From contig JBDRML010000001.1 in NCBI GenBank assembly GCA_043812195.1, forward strand, positions 1 to 64,000: a DNA stretch of 64,000 bases, given 5' to 3'. Below, piece after piece: positions 1 to 10,100 of the stretch. This DNA comes from Candidatus Woesearchaeota archaeon. Its GTDB lineage: Archaea; Nanobdellota; Nanobdellia; SCGC-AAA011-G17; PNOQ01. The position numbers and the translations under genes are program-made. Positions within the stretch are counted from its first letter, which is position 1; each line of letters begins with the position of its first letter. A model generated the notes under the pieces. The model was not told the DNA's origin and did not search any database. It saw only the letters and a list, made by a program, of their open reading frames with translations.

Positions 1-294
1 AGAAAAACTTAAAAACATATAATATATATAAAATATTAAATTCTTTAAAATTTAAATAAATTAAAGCTTAAAATAGCATTATACCAAAATATAAAAAACA
101 CCATTAAAATAAGATAAAACAATGAAATTAAGCACATTAAATATATCTAATCAAAACATAGAACAAAACATTCCAAAGGAAAATAACACAAATTCCTAAA
201 AAATTACTTCTCCATTAGAAATCAAGGTGTGAGGGGTATAAAATAGCGTCAAAAGAACGAATAAATTTATATATTAACAATTATATTTTTCAAT

Positions 295-582
295 ATGGAC
301 ATAATACTAATCTTAATACTCTTAGTAATCCTTTTTATAATAATAGAAGCCTCAAAACACTTATTTTTCAAAACAGTAACTAAAATGGTTTTCATAATTA
401 TAATACTATTAATAGTCTTTTTTGTAGTAATAGGGAGTTTAAACTCAGAAAACATGTTAAAAACAGACAATGAATTTATTCAAACAGGTGCATCTGTAGT
501 TGAAGACATTGAAGAACAAGACATTTTTGAAACAATAAATGATAAATTAAAGGACCTCAAAGATGATATATTCAAAAAATGA
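295..582 (+). CDS. Small membrane protein, hypothetical
   Basis: Two hydrophobic N-terminal segments and an acidic tail; co-oriented with downstream genes. Confidence 0.65.
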   Translation: MDIILILILLVILFIIIEASKHLFFKTVTKMVFIIIILLIVFFVVIGSLNSENMLKTDNEFIQTGASVVEDIEEQDIFETINDKLKDLKDDIFKK

Positions 583-641
583 CCATAAGAAAATTTTATA
601 AAGAATAATAAACTCTCTATAAAAATCGGAGGTATGATCAT

Positions 642-905
642 ATGCCATCAGAAGATAAAAAATACACAAAACAACTAATAGGAAAGACTGTTGTCAGTAA
701 ATCAGGTAAAAAATTTGGAGAAGTAGGAAACTTCGTTTTTGAAGTTAAAACAGGTGAATTAATAAGTGTTGTTCTTAGAAACGCAACAACTTTCACAGAC
801 GGATTAGATCTTGAAAAGGATGAACAAGGAAATTTATTAATACCACACAGCGCCATAGTTGCAACAGGTGATTTTGTAGTAGTTTCAGAAGAAGACATAA
901 TATAA
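642..905 (+). CDS. PRC-barrel domain protein
   Basis: LIGKTVVSKSGKKFGEV...IPHSAIVATGDFVVV pattern; GGAGGT RBS upstream. Confidence 0.85.
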   Translation: MPSEDKKYTKQLIGKTVVSKSGKKFGEVGNFVFEVKTGELISVVLRNATTFTDGLDLEKDEQGNLLIPHSAIVATGDFVVVSEEDII

Positions 906-947
906 ACAATTAGTAAGATTTAAAAAACAGTTTATCTAATTCTTATT

Positions 948-2615
948 ATGGATTTCAAAAAACAAATAGAAACAATTCTAAAAAGAGAAACAAAACTAAA
1001 AGAAATACCATTAGAAATACCAAATAATCCAGATTTCGGAGATTATGCATTTCCTTGTTTTATATTATCAAAGAGATTAAGAAAGTCACCAATAGACATA
1101 GCGAAAGATCTTCAAAAAATAAAAATACCAAAATCAATAGAAAAAGTAGAAGCAAGGGGACCATATTTAAATTTCTTCATAAATAAATCAATATTCATAG
1201 AAGGAACAATAAAGAAGATTCTAAAAGAAAAAGACAATTATGGTAAATCAAAACCAAGCAAAGAAATAATTTTAATAGAATCTCCTGGGCCAAATACAAA
1301 CAAACCATTACATCTAGGACATCTAAGAAATATGGTTTTAGGAATATCAATATCAAAAATACAAGAAGCAGCAGGGAAAAAAGCAATAAATGTAGACATC
1401 ATAAATGATAGGGGGATACACATTGCAAAATCAGCATTAGCTTACAAGAAATTCGGGAAAAACAAAAAACCAAATAAAAAATCAGATCATTTTGTAGGAG
1501 ATTATTACATACTTTATTCTAAAAAATTAAAACAACACCCAGAACTAGAAAACGAAGCACAAGAGATGATAAGAAAATATGAAGAAGGAGATAAGCAAAC
1601 TATAAATCTATTCAATAAAATGAACAAATGGGCCATTAACGGCTTTAAAGAAACATACAACAGAGTAGGTATTAATATTAAAAAAACATATTTGGAAAGT
1701 AAACACTACAAAAAAGGAAAATCAATTGTTCTAAAAGGCCTTAAAGATAAAACATTCAAAAAAGACAAAGAAGGAAACATAACAATAAATTTGGAAAAAT
1801 ATGATCTTGGAGAAAAAATTCTTCTAAGAAAAGACGGAACTTCAGTTTATATCACTCAAGATATCTACTTAGCACAAAAAAGATACAAAGACTTTAGATT
1901 TGATAAAATGATATATATAGTAGGATCTGAACAAATACACCATTTCAAAGTTTTATTCACAATCTTAGAAATATTAGGATATAAATTCGCTAAAAAATGT
2001 TATCATCTTCCATACGGAATGGTTTACTTACCAGAAGGAAGAATGAAATCAAGAGAAGGAAAGGTTATAGATACAGATAATTTATTAGATGATATAAAAG
2101 AATTAGCAAAGAAAGAAATAATAAAAAGAAATAAAGTATCAAAAACAGAGCTAGAAAAAAAATCAAAGCAAATAGCACAAGCTGCAGTTAAATTCTTTTT
2201 ATTAAATAGAGACTCATTAAAAGACTTCACATTCAATCCAGAGGAATCAATTAAGTTTGAAGGGAACACAGGACCATATATTCAATATACACATGCAAGA
2301 GCATGTTCTATCCTAAGAAAAGCAAAGACATTCAAACCAGTATACAGATTCAACCACGAAGAACAGCAGATAATAAAACAATTATCAGAATTACCAGATA
2401 TAATAAAACAATCAGCACAAAATTATAAAACACACATAATAACAAACTATCTCTTAGCAATATCAAAAAAGTTTAATGAATATTATCAAAAATATCCAGT
2501 TTTAAACGCAGAATCAAAAATAAGAAACTCAAGATTAACATTAGTCAAAGCAATTATACAGACAATTAAAAACGGATTATCTCTTTTAGGTATAGAATCT
2601 CCTTCTAAAATGTAG
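948..2615 (+). CDS. argS: Arginine--tRNA ligase
   Basis: FGDYA, PNTNKPLHLGHLRN (HIGH-like), MKSREG (KMSKS-like), GPYIQYTHARACSIL and C-terminal ..PSKM. Confidence 0.97.
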   Translation: MDFKKQIETILKRETKLKEIPLEIPNNPDFGDYAFPCFILSKRLRKSPIDIAKDLQKIKIPKSIEKVEARGPYLNFFINKSIFIEGTIKKILKEKDNYGKSKPSKEIILIESPGPNTNKPLHLGHLRNMVLGISISKIQEAAGKKAINVDIINDRGIHIAKSALAYKKFGKNKKPNKKSDHFVGDYYILYSKKLKQHPELENEAQEMIRKYEEGDKQTINLFNKMNKWAINGFKETYNRVGINIKKTYLESKHYKKGKSIVLKGLKDKTFKKDKEGNITINLEKYDLGEKILLRKDGTSVYITQDIYLAQKRYKDFRFDKMIYIVGSEQIHHFKVLFTILEILGYKFAKKCYHLPYGMVYLPEGRMKSREGKVIDTDNLLDDIKELAKKEIIKRNKVSKTELEKKSKQIAQAAVKFFLLNRDSLKDFTFNPEESIKFEGNTGPYIQYTHARACSILRKAKTFKPVYRFNHEEQQIIKQLSELPDIIKQSAQNYKTHIITNYLLAISKKFNEYYQKYPVLNAESKIRNSRLTLVKAIIQTIKNGLSLLGIESPSKM

Positions 2616-2617
2616 AA

Positions 2618-2956
2618 TTATGTCAGAGCCAATATTATAAAGGCTATCACTGCTAACGATATTCCCACATAGGCCCAAGGAGATAATATTTCTTTTAAAA
2701 CCAATAATCCCAAAATATTTGCAAGAATAATAGATACTGCACCAAAAAGAGCCATAGTTTTTCCAAGTTCAATGGTTGTAAAAACATATAGTTGACCAAA
2801 CATAGCAATTATTCTAATAATAAAGTAAGAAGTAAACCACACACTTAAAAATGTGGCTAACACAAAGCCTTGCTTAGGCATATATGTTCTTGCAAGAAGA
2901 TCACTTGTTGTAAACAATAATTGTGCTCCCACTAAAATAATTATTGGCCAGTTCAT
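2618..2956 (-). CDS. Small 4-TM DMT/SMR/EamA-like membrane protein
   Basis: Four hydrophobic helices; GLLVLKE.LS...YVGI pattern. Confidence 0.65.
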   Translation of the reverse strand: MNWPIIILVGAQLLFTTSDLLARTYMPKQGFVLATFLSVWFTSYFIIRIIAMFGQLYVFTTIELGKTMALFGAVSIILANILGLLVLKEILSPWAYVGISLAVIAFIILALT

Positions 2957-3069
2957 ATATCAAAATTTTAAAAGAGATTAATAAATATTACGATTACTCA
3001 AATACTGTAAGTACATTTTCGTAGAAACATTTATAAACAAACCCAGAATCTCAATTATGGTGATATAAA

Positions 3070-3480
3070 ATGCCAGTAATTGGATTTAATTTAAATAATA
3101 TTTCAGCAGAGAAAAGAAACCAAATATCAGGAAAGCTGAAAATAAACAATAATTTGAAAATAACAACAATAGAAAAAGAAAAGCAAACAATAACAAATTC
3201 TGATGAAGTACTAAAATTTAATTTCAAATTTGATGTGTCCTACGATCCAGATATAGGCAATCTTAATATGGAAGGAAGCCTATTATTAATGGAAGAACCT
3301 AAAAAAGTACAGCAAATAATGACGGATTGGAAAAAAGATCAAAAATTATCAAAAGAAACATCTACATTAGTTTTTAATACAATACTAGCAAGATGCAATG
3401 TAAAAGCACTAACATTAGCACAAGATATAAGCTTGCCACCACATTTTAGACTACCATTAATAAGACCAAATCAAGATTAA
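3070..3480 (+). CDS. Archaeal-type hypothetical protein
   Basis: Clean ORF with GGTGA RBS and upstream TTTATAAA box. Confidence 0.7.
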   Translation: MPVIGFNLNNISAEKRNQISGKLKINNNLKITTIEKEKQTITNSDEVLKFNFKFDVSYDPDIGNLNMEGSLLLMEEPKKVQQIMTDWKKDQKLSKETSTLVFNTILARCNVKALTLAQDISLPPHFRLPLIRPNQD

Positions 3481-3767
3481 AAAAATTCTTTAAGATTTTT
3501 TCTTTGTTTTATCTTTTTTACAGCTTCATCCCAGTTACAACCATCATCTTTCATAACTTTAGATATCTGCAATTCTTTGTTCATACTACTAAAAATTCAA
3601 TCCCATTTATATATATACCCTCATTAGATTATAAACTATTGAATCATCTTCTTTCCTATCTATATTTTTAAAGCAGATACTACTTTAAAATTAACAAAGA
3701 GTTCATATCCATAAGTCACAACAATAAAAACCAGAAAATTTATATTAGCCAACATTAAATTAAACAT

Positions 3768-4487
3768 ATGATCTATATAATAATTTATATAATAATCATA
3801 ACAGCAGTTGCAGTTATTTTGTATAAGTTAATTAAAACATTCTGGAAAGTAATCTTATTAACTTTTTTATTCACATTAATCACTTTAGGAATAATTAGTT
3901 ATTTAGTGTACACAGATGTGAAAGATATAATAGATACACCAAAACTAATCATTTTAGATTCAAACAATAAAATACAAACAGGATACATAATAAATCAAGA
4001 AACACAAGATCCAATATCTCCAGATAAACTAAATGAAATAAACGAGAAATATAAGACAAATTCATTAGCATCTATAACTGAAGGAAAATACAGGCTATTC
4101 ATTTTAAAATCAACAATATTCAATGAATTACCAGAGCAAATAGGATATAAAAATATAACATATCCTAAAAAAAGCTTAATTAGATCATTAGATACAAATA
4201 CATCAGAAGAATTCTTAAATGAACTAGGAGTCTACCAAGAAGATATAATTGGCATAATTTCGGATACACTTTCAGAAGAAGACATAATAAAATACAAAGC
4301 AACAGTAACAGGGATATTATTATTCAAATTAGCAGAAGACCCTAAAAAATTAATAAAACAGATAAACTCAGAAAACTTCAAAATGTACCCAAGCTCAATA
4401 ACAATAACTATAATAAATCAAATACCTTCAATATTATTAGAATCACAAATTAAAGCCAGACTATCTGGCATAAAAATAGGAGAATAA
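3768..4487 (+). CDS. Membrane-anchored hypothetical protein
   Basis: Two N-terminal TM helices, 239 aa ORF. Confidence 0.65.
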   Translation: MIYIIIYIIIITAVAVILYKLIKTFWKVILLTFLFTLITLGIISYLVYTDVKDIIDTPKLIILDSNNKIQTGYIINQETQDPISPDKLNEINEKYKTNSLASITEGKYRLFILKSTIFNELPEQIGYKNITYPKKSLIRSLDTNTSEEFLNELGVYQEDIIGIISDTLSEEDIIKYKATVTGILLFKLAEDPKKLIKQINSENFKMYPSSITITIINQIPSILLESQIKARLSGIKIGE

Positions 4488-4488
4488 T

Positions 4489-4617
4489 ATGCAAGTCTTA
4501 AAACCATGTCAAATATGTAAGCAAGCAATAGCAAAACATAATTGCCAAAAATGCGGAGCACATGTTTGCGATTCATGCTTCAACAAAGAAAAGAATATTT
4601 GTACAAATTGTAAATAA
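4489..4617 (+). CDS. 42-aa zinc-finger protein with four CxxC pairs (not in ORF track)
   Basis: Manual translation MQVLKPCQICKQAIAKHNCQKCGAHVCDSCFNKEKNICTNCK; AGGAG upstream; fills the gap in an operon. Confidence 0.75.
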   Translation: MQVLKPCQICKQAIAKHNCQKCGAHVCDSCFNKEKNICTNCK

Positions 4618-4635
4618 TCAAAAGGAGGTGAACAA

Positions 4636-4845
4636 ATGGCAGAAGCAGCAGCTTTTACAGCAGGATTTTGGGTATTGTTAATGTTAATCTCTGTTTGGGG
4701 ATTAATATGGAAAGGATTGGCATTATGGGCATCAGCAAGAAACAAAAGCACAGCATGGTTTGTAGTGTTATTAATATTCAATACAGCAGGTATCTTACCT
4801 ATAATTTATTTAGGTTTCTTCAATAAGAAAAAAAGAAGAAAATAG
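4636..4845 (+). CDS. DUF5652-like small membrane protein
   Basis: WKGLALWASARN...WFVVLLIFNTAGILPIIY motif; GGAGGTGA RBS. Confidence 0.8.
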   Translation: MAEAAAFTAGFWVLLMLISVWGLIWKGLALWASARNKSTAWFVVLLIFNTAGILPIIYLGFFNKKKRRK

Positions 4846-4879
4846 ATAACTTTTAATTCTTTTATTATCTATCCCAATC

Positions 4880-5404
4880 ATGGAAATAGATGAATACCTA
4901 GAAGAAGAACAAGAATCCAAATTAAAGAAAATACTTGTTATTATTGGGGGCATAATTCTGATCATCTTAATTATTTCTTATTTAATAGTAAGTTTTCCAA
5001 TTTTCCAGATATTAGAAAGCCTATCAGAATCAAATATAGCAGAAGATCAAAAAATAGACATAGACGATTTTTCAATAATATTCACAAAAGAAACATACAA
5101 CAAATTGCAAGAACTATATCATAAAAACCTTGAGGTAGAATTTGTAGCGTGTTTACAAGGAATAAAAGAAACAGATTATAACATCAATCAAATTTATACA
5201 CCAGAGATAATAGATCAGTCCTTCAACCATGTAAGTTTCAAACCTTGTTCACAAGACACATTAATAGTCTTACATTCACATCCTTATCGACACTGCATAG
5301 GATCAGAGCAAGATATAAGACATCTTAATGAACTAAAAGAAAGAAATGAAAATAGTTTAATTATCATTATGTGTGAAGAAAATAGATTCACAGTCTACAA
5401 TTAG
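4880..5404 (+). CDS. Membrane-anchored JAB/MPN-like domain protein
   Basis: TM helix, EFVACL, then LHSHP...S.QD metalloprotease-like motif. Confidence 0.6.
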   Translation: MEIDEYLEEEQESKLKKILVIIGGIILIILIISYLIVSFPIFQILESLSESNIAEDQKIDIDDFSIIFTKETYNKLQELYHKNLEVEFVACLQGIKETDYNINQIYTPEIIDQSFNHVSFKPCSQDTLIVLHSHPYRHCIGSEQDIRHLNELKERNENSLIIIMCEENRFTVYN

Positions 5405-5453
5405 AAAATCTGTTAACCGAATATCTTAAATAGTTACAATATCTTATAGATCT

Positions 5454-5729
5454 ATGCCAATAATATCTGATAAAAAAGTCAAAAGAATAAAGGAAGAAGT
5501 ATTATTTACATTATTTGATTCACCATTAAATCCATTATATACATCTCAAATAGCTGATAAATTAATAAGAGATGAAGAGTTTACATTAAGACTACTTAAA
5601 GAACTCTTAAAAGATGGTTTAATAGAAGAAATAAATAAAAACACCGACGGTAAACCATTATTAAGGAGAAAGAAATGGTTATTAAAACCTCATGTTTATT
5701 CTGCATACAAATCGCTTTCTAAGGCCTAA
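5454..5729 (+). CDS. Winged-helix DNA-binding protein
   Basis: LYTSQIADKLIRDEEFTLRLLKELLKDGLI HTH-wing pattern. Confidence 0.7.
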   Translation: MPIISDKKVKRIKEEVLFTLFDSPLNPLYTSQIADKLIRDEEFTLRLLKELLKDGLIEEINKNTDGKPLLRRKKWLLKPHVYSAYKSLSKA

Positions 5730-5840
5730 TCAAGGCCTAATCAATCAATCACTCAACGTTTAAGCACTGGCCAATCACTCATCAAGCACATCCTAAGCAC
5801 TAATCACTCACATAATTTATTTAAACAATCACACACTCAC
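5721..5840. repeat. Upstream cluster of (C)AATCACTCA / AAGCAC / AAGGCCTAATC repeats
   Basis: AAGGCCTAATC x2 (5721-5742); CAATCACTCA at 5746 and 5772, AATCACTCA at 5802; TAAGCACT at 5761 and 5794. Confidence 0.85.
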
Positions 5841-5846
5841 TAATAT

Positions 5847-6431
5847 ATGACAGAATCACCAATAAAACATGCATTTTCTAGGGTTAAAGAAGATATAAAG
5901 GTCCTAGATGCTAAATTCGAGCTTATTAACTCTAAATTAGACCAAATTCTTCAAAAAAGAGACCCAAATAAGCCCAATTCTAATGAATTTAACGAAGATA
6001 AGCCCCAAAATGTCCAAATTCAACAAATCTCCAGTGGAAATGAAGGGGTCCAATCAATCAATCACTCAACAATCACTCAACAATCACTCAACAATCACTC
6101 ACTCAACAATCAATCAAAAAGAATAGAAGATAGGTTTAAATCACTCACAAATCAAGAATTCAGAGTATTTCTCACAATTTACAATTTAGAAGACCAATTA
6201 GGAAGAGGTATAAATTACGATGATATAGCCTCTAAATTAAATTTATCGACGAGCTGTATTCGCTCATATATCAGTTCTATGCTCAAAAAGGGTCTCCCTA
6301 TTACAAAATCAAAACTAAACAATAGATCAACAATACTCATAATTAACCCTCACTTTCGAGAATTAGGCCTAAAAGATAATCTTACAAAAGTATATTTAGG
6401 GCAAGATCCCAATCAAACTACCTTATTCTAA
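5847..6431 (+). CDS. Coiled-coil + repeat linker + C-terminal wHTH protein
   Basis: LTNQEFRVF...NYDDIASKLNLSTSCIRSYISSMLKKGLPI wHTH; SSGNEGV followed by repeat-encoded linker. Confidence 0.75.
   Translation: MTESPIKHAFSRVKEDIKVLDAKFELINSKLDQILQKRDPNKPNSNEFNEDKPQNVQIQQISSGNEGVQSINHSTITQQSLNNHSLNNQSKRIEDRFKSLTNQEFRVFLTIYNLEDQLGRGINYDDIASKLNLSTSCIRSYISSMLKKGLPITKSKLNNRSTILIINPHFRELGLKDNLTKVYLGQDPNQTTLF
6051..6116. repeat. Intragenic 11-bp tandem repeat CAATCACTCAA (~4 copies)
   Basis: Units at 6059, 6070, 6081, 6092 flanked by CAAT runs. Confidence 0.9.
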
Positions 6432-6781
6432 ACAAATACTCTCACTTTTTCAATAAAATTAGCCAAAATTATCTAATTTTAGCCATATTTCCCTAGTTTT
6501 TCCTCTCACTTAACTAAACCTAGACCGTTTAGTCTCTATTTTTTATATTATACATACTCTAACATTAGGTATATTACAAAAATTCTATATTAAAAATCCC
6601 AGAGATAAGGATCTCTCACCCACCCACCCTGTGCTAACAAAAAATAGACAAATATACTCTAAATACTAATCTCACAATACGAAATCTATACATTTTCAAT
6701 TAACTAAATAAGTAAATTCTAAAAATAATATACTCTATAAAAAATCATATAAAATTAATGTTAGAAAACTGTTCGGTAATT

Positions 6782-6846
6782 GTTCGCCGAACATTCGCCG
6801 AACGTTCTACGAACAGTCTATAGACGTCTACGAACATTCGCCGAAC
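6782..6846. repeat. Six tandem 10-11-bp quasi-palindromes (GTTCGCCGAAC family) upstream of a promoter
   Basis: gttcgccgaac, attcgccgaac, gttctacgaac, agtctatagac, gtctacgaac, attcgccgaac; followed by AAAAGTTTATATA. Confidence 0.85.
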
Positions 6847-6886
6847 ATTTCAAAAAGTTTATATAGACAAGATTCTTAAGAAAAGT

Positions 6887-7450
6887 ATGTTAGATTGGTT
6901 ATTCAAAAAAAGAGAAGATAAGGATTTTACAAAAAAATTTAATGAAGTGGAGTCCACTTTAAAGACGTCATTCTCAAATATTAAAGAAGATATGAAAATT
7001 TTATTCGAACATACTGAAAAAGCACATTCAAAACACTCAAAACATGAAGAGAATTTTCAAAAGATACACCAAAGATTATTAGCATTAGAAGCATTAATCT
7101 ATAAAGACAAAGATATTGAAGAGGTAGTAAATGAAATAGAAGAAATAGAGACAGAAGAAAGAGATCATCTAACAGAAATTTCACAAAAAATATGCATGGT
7201 ATTAGCTGCACTAGGTAAAGAAAATCCAGAAAAATTAATACCATTAAAAATACTGGCAGAAGAAATGTATCCAGATAAGAAGTATCAAGGAATAAGATCC
7301 ACAATATCACAATACACGACAGAACTAGAGAAATTAGGGTATATTCAAAAGAAAAGAAGAGGGAGGCAAGTATATATAAAGTCGACAGAAAAGAATCCTT
7401 ATTTAAAAAAACAAACAAAACAAAAAAAGAAAATAAAAGTTAAAAACTAA
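6887..7450 (+). CDS. Coiled-coil + C-terminal wHTH protein
   Basis: IRSTISQYTTELEKLGYIQKKRRGRQVYI wHTH; N-terminus (SFSNIKEDM) resembles 5847-6431 (AFSRVKEDI). Confidence 0.75.
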   Translation: MLDWLFKKREDKDFTKKFNEVESTLKTSFSNIKEDMKILFEHTEKAHSKHSKHEENFQKIHQRLLALEALIYKDKDIEEVVNEIEEIETEERDHLTEISQKICMVLAALGKENPEKLIPLKILAEEMYPDKKYQGIRSTISQYTTELEKLGYIQKKRRGRQVYIKSTEKNPYLKKQTKQKKKIKVKN

Positions 7451-7488
7451 AAGTTTAAATACTATTAATTCTAAAATTAAGTTAAGAG

Positions 7489-7761
7489 GTGTTTACATTG
7501 CCCAAAGCTAAAAAGAAAAAAACAACTAAAAAAGCTATTAAAAAGACATTAAAAAAAGCACCAGCAATACCAATAAACCCAATAAAAAGAAATATCTGTA
7601 AAAGCCATACACCCTATGTAAATCCTTTAAGCATAGTTCTTTATTTAATCGGATTGATAGTTATCATTTATGGTGCCTGGTTCCGTGAGTTACTCTGGTT
7701 AATGTTAGGGTTTGTACCAATAATAGTTGGAGTTTGGTGGGCATATATCATTAAAAAATGA
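7489..7761 (+). CDS. Small membrane protein with basic N-terminus
   Basis: Lys-rich start and two TM helices; start codon uncertain. Confidence 0.55.
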   Translation: MFTLPKAKKKKTTKKAIKKTLKKAPAIPINPIKRNICKSHTPYVNPLSIVLYLIGLIVIIYGAWFRELLWLMLGFVPIIVGVWWAYIIKK

Positions 7762-7904
7762 AAAACCAAAGAAGAAAAATATTGGATTGGGTCTGGATCA
7801 AACAGAATTTCTGGAATGTAGTATTAATATGGATAATATGGCAGATAATAGTTGCAGTGATTTTTGCAATAATTACTCAATTATTTGGTATTCCAATAGC
7901 TTAA
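7758..7904 (+). CDS. 48-aa membrane peptide (not in ORF track)
   Basis: ATGA overlap with upstream stop; MKNQRRKILDWVWIKQNFWNVVLIWIIWQIIVAVIFAIITQLFGIPIA. Confidence 0.55.
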   Translation: MKNQRRKILDWVWIKQNFWNVVLIWIIWQIIVAVIFAIITQLFGIPIA

Positions 7905-7971
7905 AACCTTTAAGCAATGCTTAAAACATAAAAATAGTTAACTTTATAGTTTTTTTTGTATTTACCTATTT

Positions 7972-8253
7972 ATGGTAAAAATAATAAGCATTTGGTATCA
8001 TAAATTAGAATCTCATTATGGTATAAATGATAGTCCTTATTCGGAAAGGAAACCAGATACTTATTTTATTAAAGAAACAATTAATAATGGTCTAGAATCA
8101 AAAGTAATAAAAATGTTAGAAGAAAAAGATTTATTAAAAAGAGGTATAATTGTTCAATTATCATATTCTAACGACGAAGAAAAGGAAAAGGTTACCAAAT
8201 TAGGCCAAATAATGCAAAAAATAAACCCCAAAGTCAAAATTACTAAAGAGTAG
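7972..8253 (+). CDS. Hypothetical protein
   Basis: ORF only. Confidence 0.45.
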   Translation: MVKIISIWYHKLESHYGINDSPYSERKPDTYFIKETINNGLESKVIKMLEEKDLLKRGIIVQLSYSNDEEKEKVTKLGQIMQKINPKVKITKE

Positions 8254-8298
8254 TAACAAATAGAAAAGTTTTTAAAGACAAATTACTATAATCATAAC

Positions 8299-8919
8299 AT
8301 GACACATGAACAAGATATATTTGATTTAAGTAATATAAGATCGGTTCCAAGAGAGAGATTAAGAAAGGGTGGCCCAATAAAATTAGCAAATATTCATATA
8401 AACTCTTTAGATCCAATAAATTTTAACATAACAGAAATAAGATTTAATGCCGAACAGAGTTTAGATACACAAATAAAACAAAGAATTTCTCCTATTAGAG
8501 ATAAATTAACTATTTTGGGGTTTGATGGAGATAAGTTGTATACAGCCATATATGAAGCAGTAAGAAATGCGCATCAACACGGAAATAAATCAGATCATTC
8601 TAAACCAGTTAAAGTTGGTTTGAGATATTCAAAAGACCACATTGAATGCATAGTTTCAGATTTAGGGCAAGAACTAGATCCCGAATTTGCAAGTTATGTA
8701 TTATTCCACAGATTAGGTTGTCAAGACGAAGTTAAACCAACAGATTTCTATAGTTTTACCGGAAGAGAAAAACCAAATCCAAATAATGGAACAGGAACAT
8801 ATTTTATGCATTTATACTCAGATGAAGTTAAATATTGTATATCTCCAGAAGGGGGATTACTAGTTTTATTATCCCAAAAGAAAAGAGAGAGAAAAACATC
8901 AAACAGAGAATTTACTTAG
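8299..8919 (+). CDS. HATPase_c (RsbW/anti-sigma-like) ATP-binding protein
   Basis: EAVRNAHQHGN N-box, VSDLG G1-box, GTGTYFM G2-box. Confidence 0.8.
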   Translation: MTHEQDIFDLSNIRSVPRERLRKGGPIKLANIHINSLDPINFNITEIRFNAEQSLDTQIKQRISPIRDKLTILGFDGDKLYTAIYEAVRNAHQHGNKSDHSKPVKVGLRYSKDHIECIVSDLGQELDPEFASYVLFHRLGCQDEVKPTDFYSFTGREKPNPNNGTGTYFMHLYSDEVKYCISPEGGLLVLLSQKKRERKTSNREFT

Positions 8920-8978
8920 AATATTAGATTCTTAAGAAATTTAACAAGTTTAATAAATAGCTTGATATTTACTTTTTT

Positions 8979-9260
8979 ATGGCATTAGAAGATAACTTAA
9001 AATTATATGAAGTCACCATAACAGCATATTTTCCAGAAATCAGTGATAGAATAGACTACAGAATGTACACTCCAGCAACAAACGGAGAAGATATAATAAA
9101 GAGGATAGAAAAAGAAAGGAGAAGAATACTTTTTTTAACAAGAACACGAGATGACACAATAGGAACAGCAGAAATAACACAATTTGCTGAAGTTCGCATA
9201 GAAGGCTATGAAATAACATTAAAAAAGCTAAATACTCAAGAGAAAAGATACCTAAAATAA
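8979..9260 (+). CDS. Hypothetical protein
   Basis: ORF only. Confidence 0.5.
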   Translation: MALEDNLKLYEVTITAYFPEISDRIDYRMYTPATNGEDIIKRIEKERRRILFLTRTRDDTIGTAEITQFAEVRIEGYEITLKKLNTQEKRYLK

Positions 9261-9417
9261 ACATAGTTCGCCTAACATACATGAGAACCAGGCTTTTCAC
9301 CCAAAATAAGCCATTTTATACTCATTCTTACCAAAACACCACACTTCTACCAATTCTGTGGTGGAAATAAGCCCAAAACACAACATATATAAGCAAGTAT
9401 TGCGTTTTTTATGTTAA

Positions 9418-10044
9418 ATGGACAAAAAAGAGGCTAATAAAGGTTCTATCAAAAAATCCAAACAAAAGTACAATATTTACTATCTCTCTATGGATGATAT
9501 GAACAAGATAATAAATGTCGCCAAATCACTCAGAGATTCATTAGTATTAAAAATATTAGCTAGAACTGGAATGAGGAGATTTGAATTATGCAATCTTAGA
9601 ATACAAGATGTAGACTTTACTAAAAAGAGGATATATATACCAAAAGCAAAAGGAAACAAACCAAGAACAGTACCAATAGATCAAGACACACTCCAAACAG
9701 TAAAGTTTTACATTGGGTCAAGGCAACATGGAAAACTCATTCAAAGCAACAAAAAAGATGTTGATGGGTTGGATGAAAGTAGAATTAATGCAATAATGAA
9801 GAATACAGCAGAAAAGGCTGGAATAAAACATCCAGATCCAATTAAAAAACATATGAATCCTCATATATTCAGACATAGCTTCATTAGACATCTAATTAAG
9901 GTGGGTATGCCTCCGAATTATGTACAACAAATAGCAGGGCACTCAGATATCAGGACAACACTACAAATGTATGGGATACCTGGTATAGAAGACATACAAG
10001 AGAAATATGATCAAATTGTAGAATCTTTTTACACAACAACATAA
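9418..10044 (+). CDS. Tyrosine recombinase/integrase, catalytic domain only
   Basis: TGMRRFEL (R), KAKGNK (K), HIFRHS (HxxR), AGHSD (H), TLQMY (Y); only 208 aa. Confidence 0.93.
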   Translation: MDKKEANKGSIKKSKQKYNIYYLSMDDMNKIINVAKSLRDSLVLKILARTGMRRFELCNLRIQDVDFTKKRIYIPKAKGNKPRTVPIDQDTLQTVKFYIGSRQHGKLIQSNKKDVDGLDESRINAIMKNTAEKAGIKHPDPIKKHMNPHIFRHSFIRHLIKVGMPPNYVQQIAGHSDIRTTLQMYGIPGIEDIQEKYDQIVESFYTTT

Positions 10045-10100
10045 CAAGCTTGCCAAACACCGACGGAAAGTATTTAAATTAATAAATCAATTAAGTTAAA

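Noticed and set aside
6782-6846. GAAC/GTTC words as LexA (Cheo) SOS boxes
   Set aside because: Spacing is not GAAC-N4-GTTC and no LexA context is evident
7727-7924. 65-aa ORF from the track
   Set aside because: The alternative frame 7758-7904 has ATGA coupling and a plausible TM peptide
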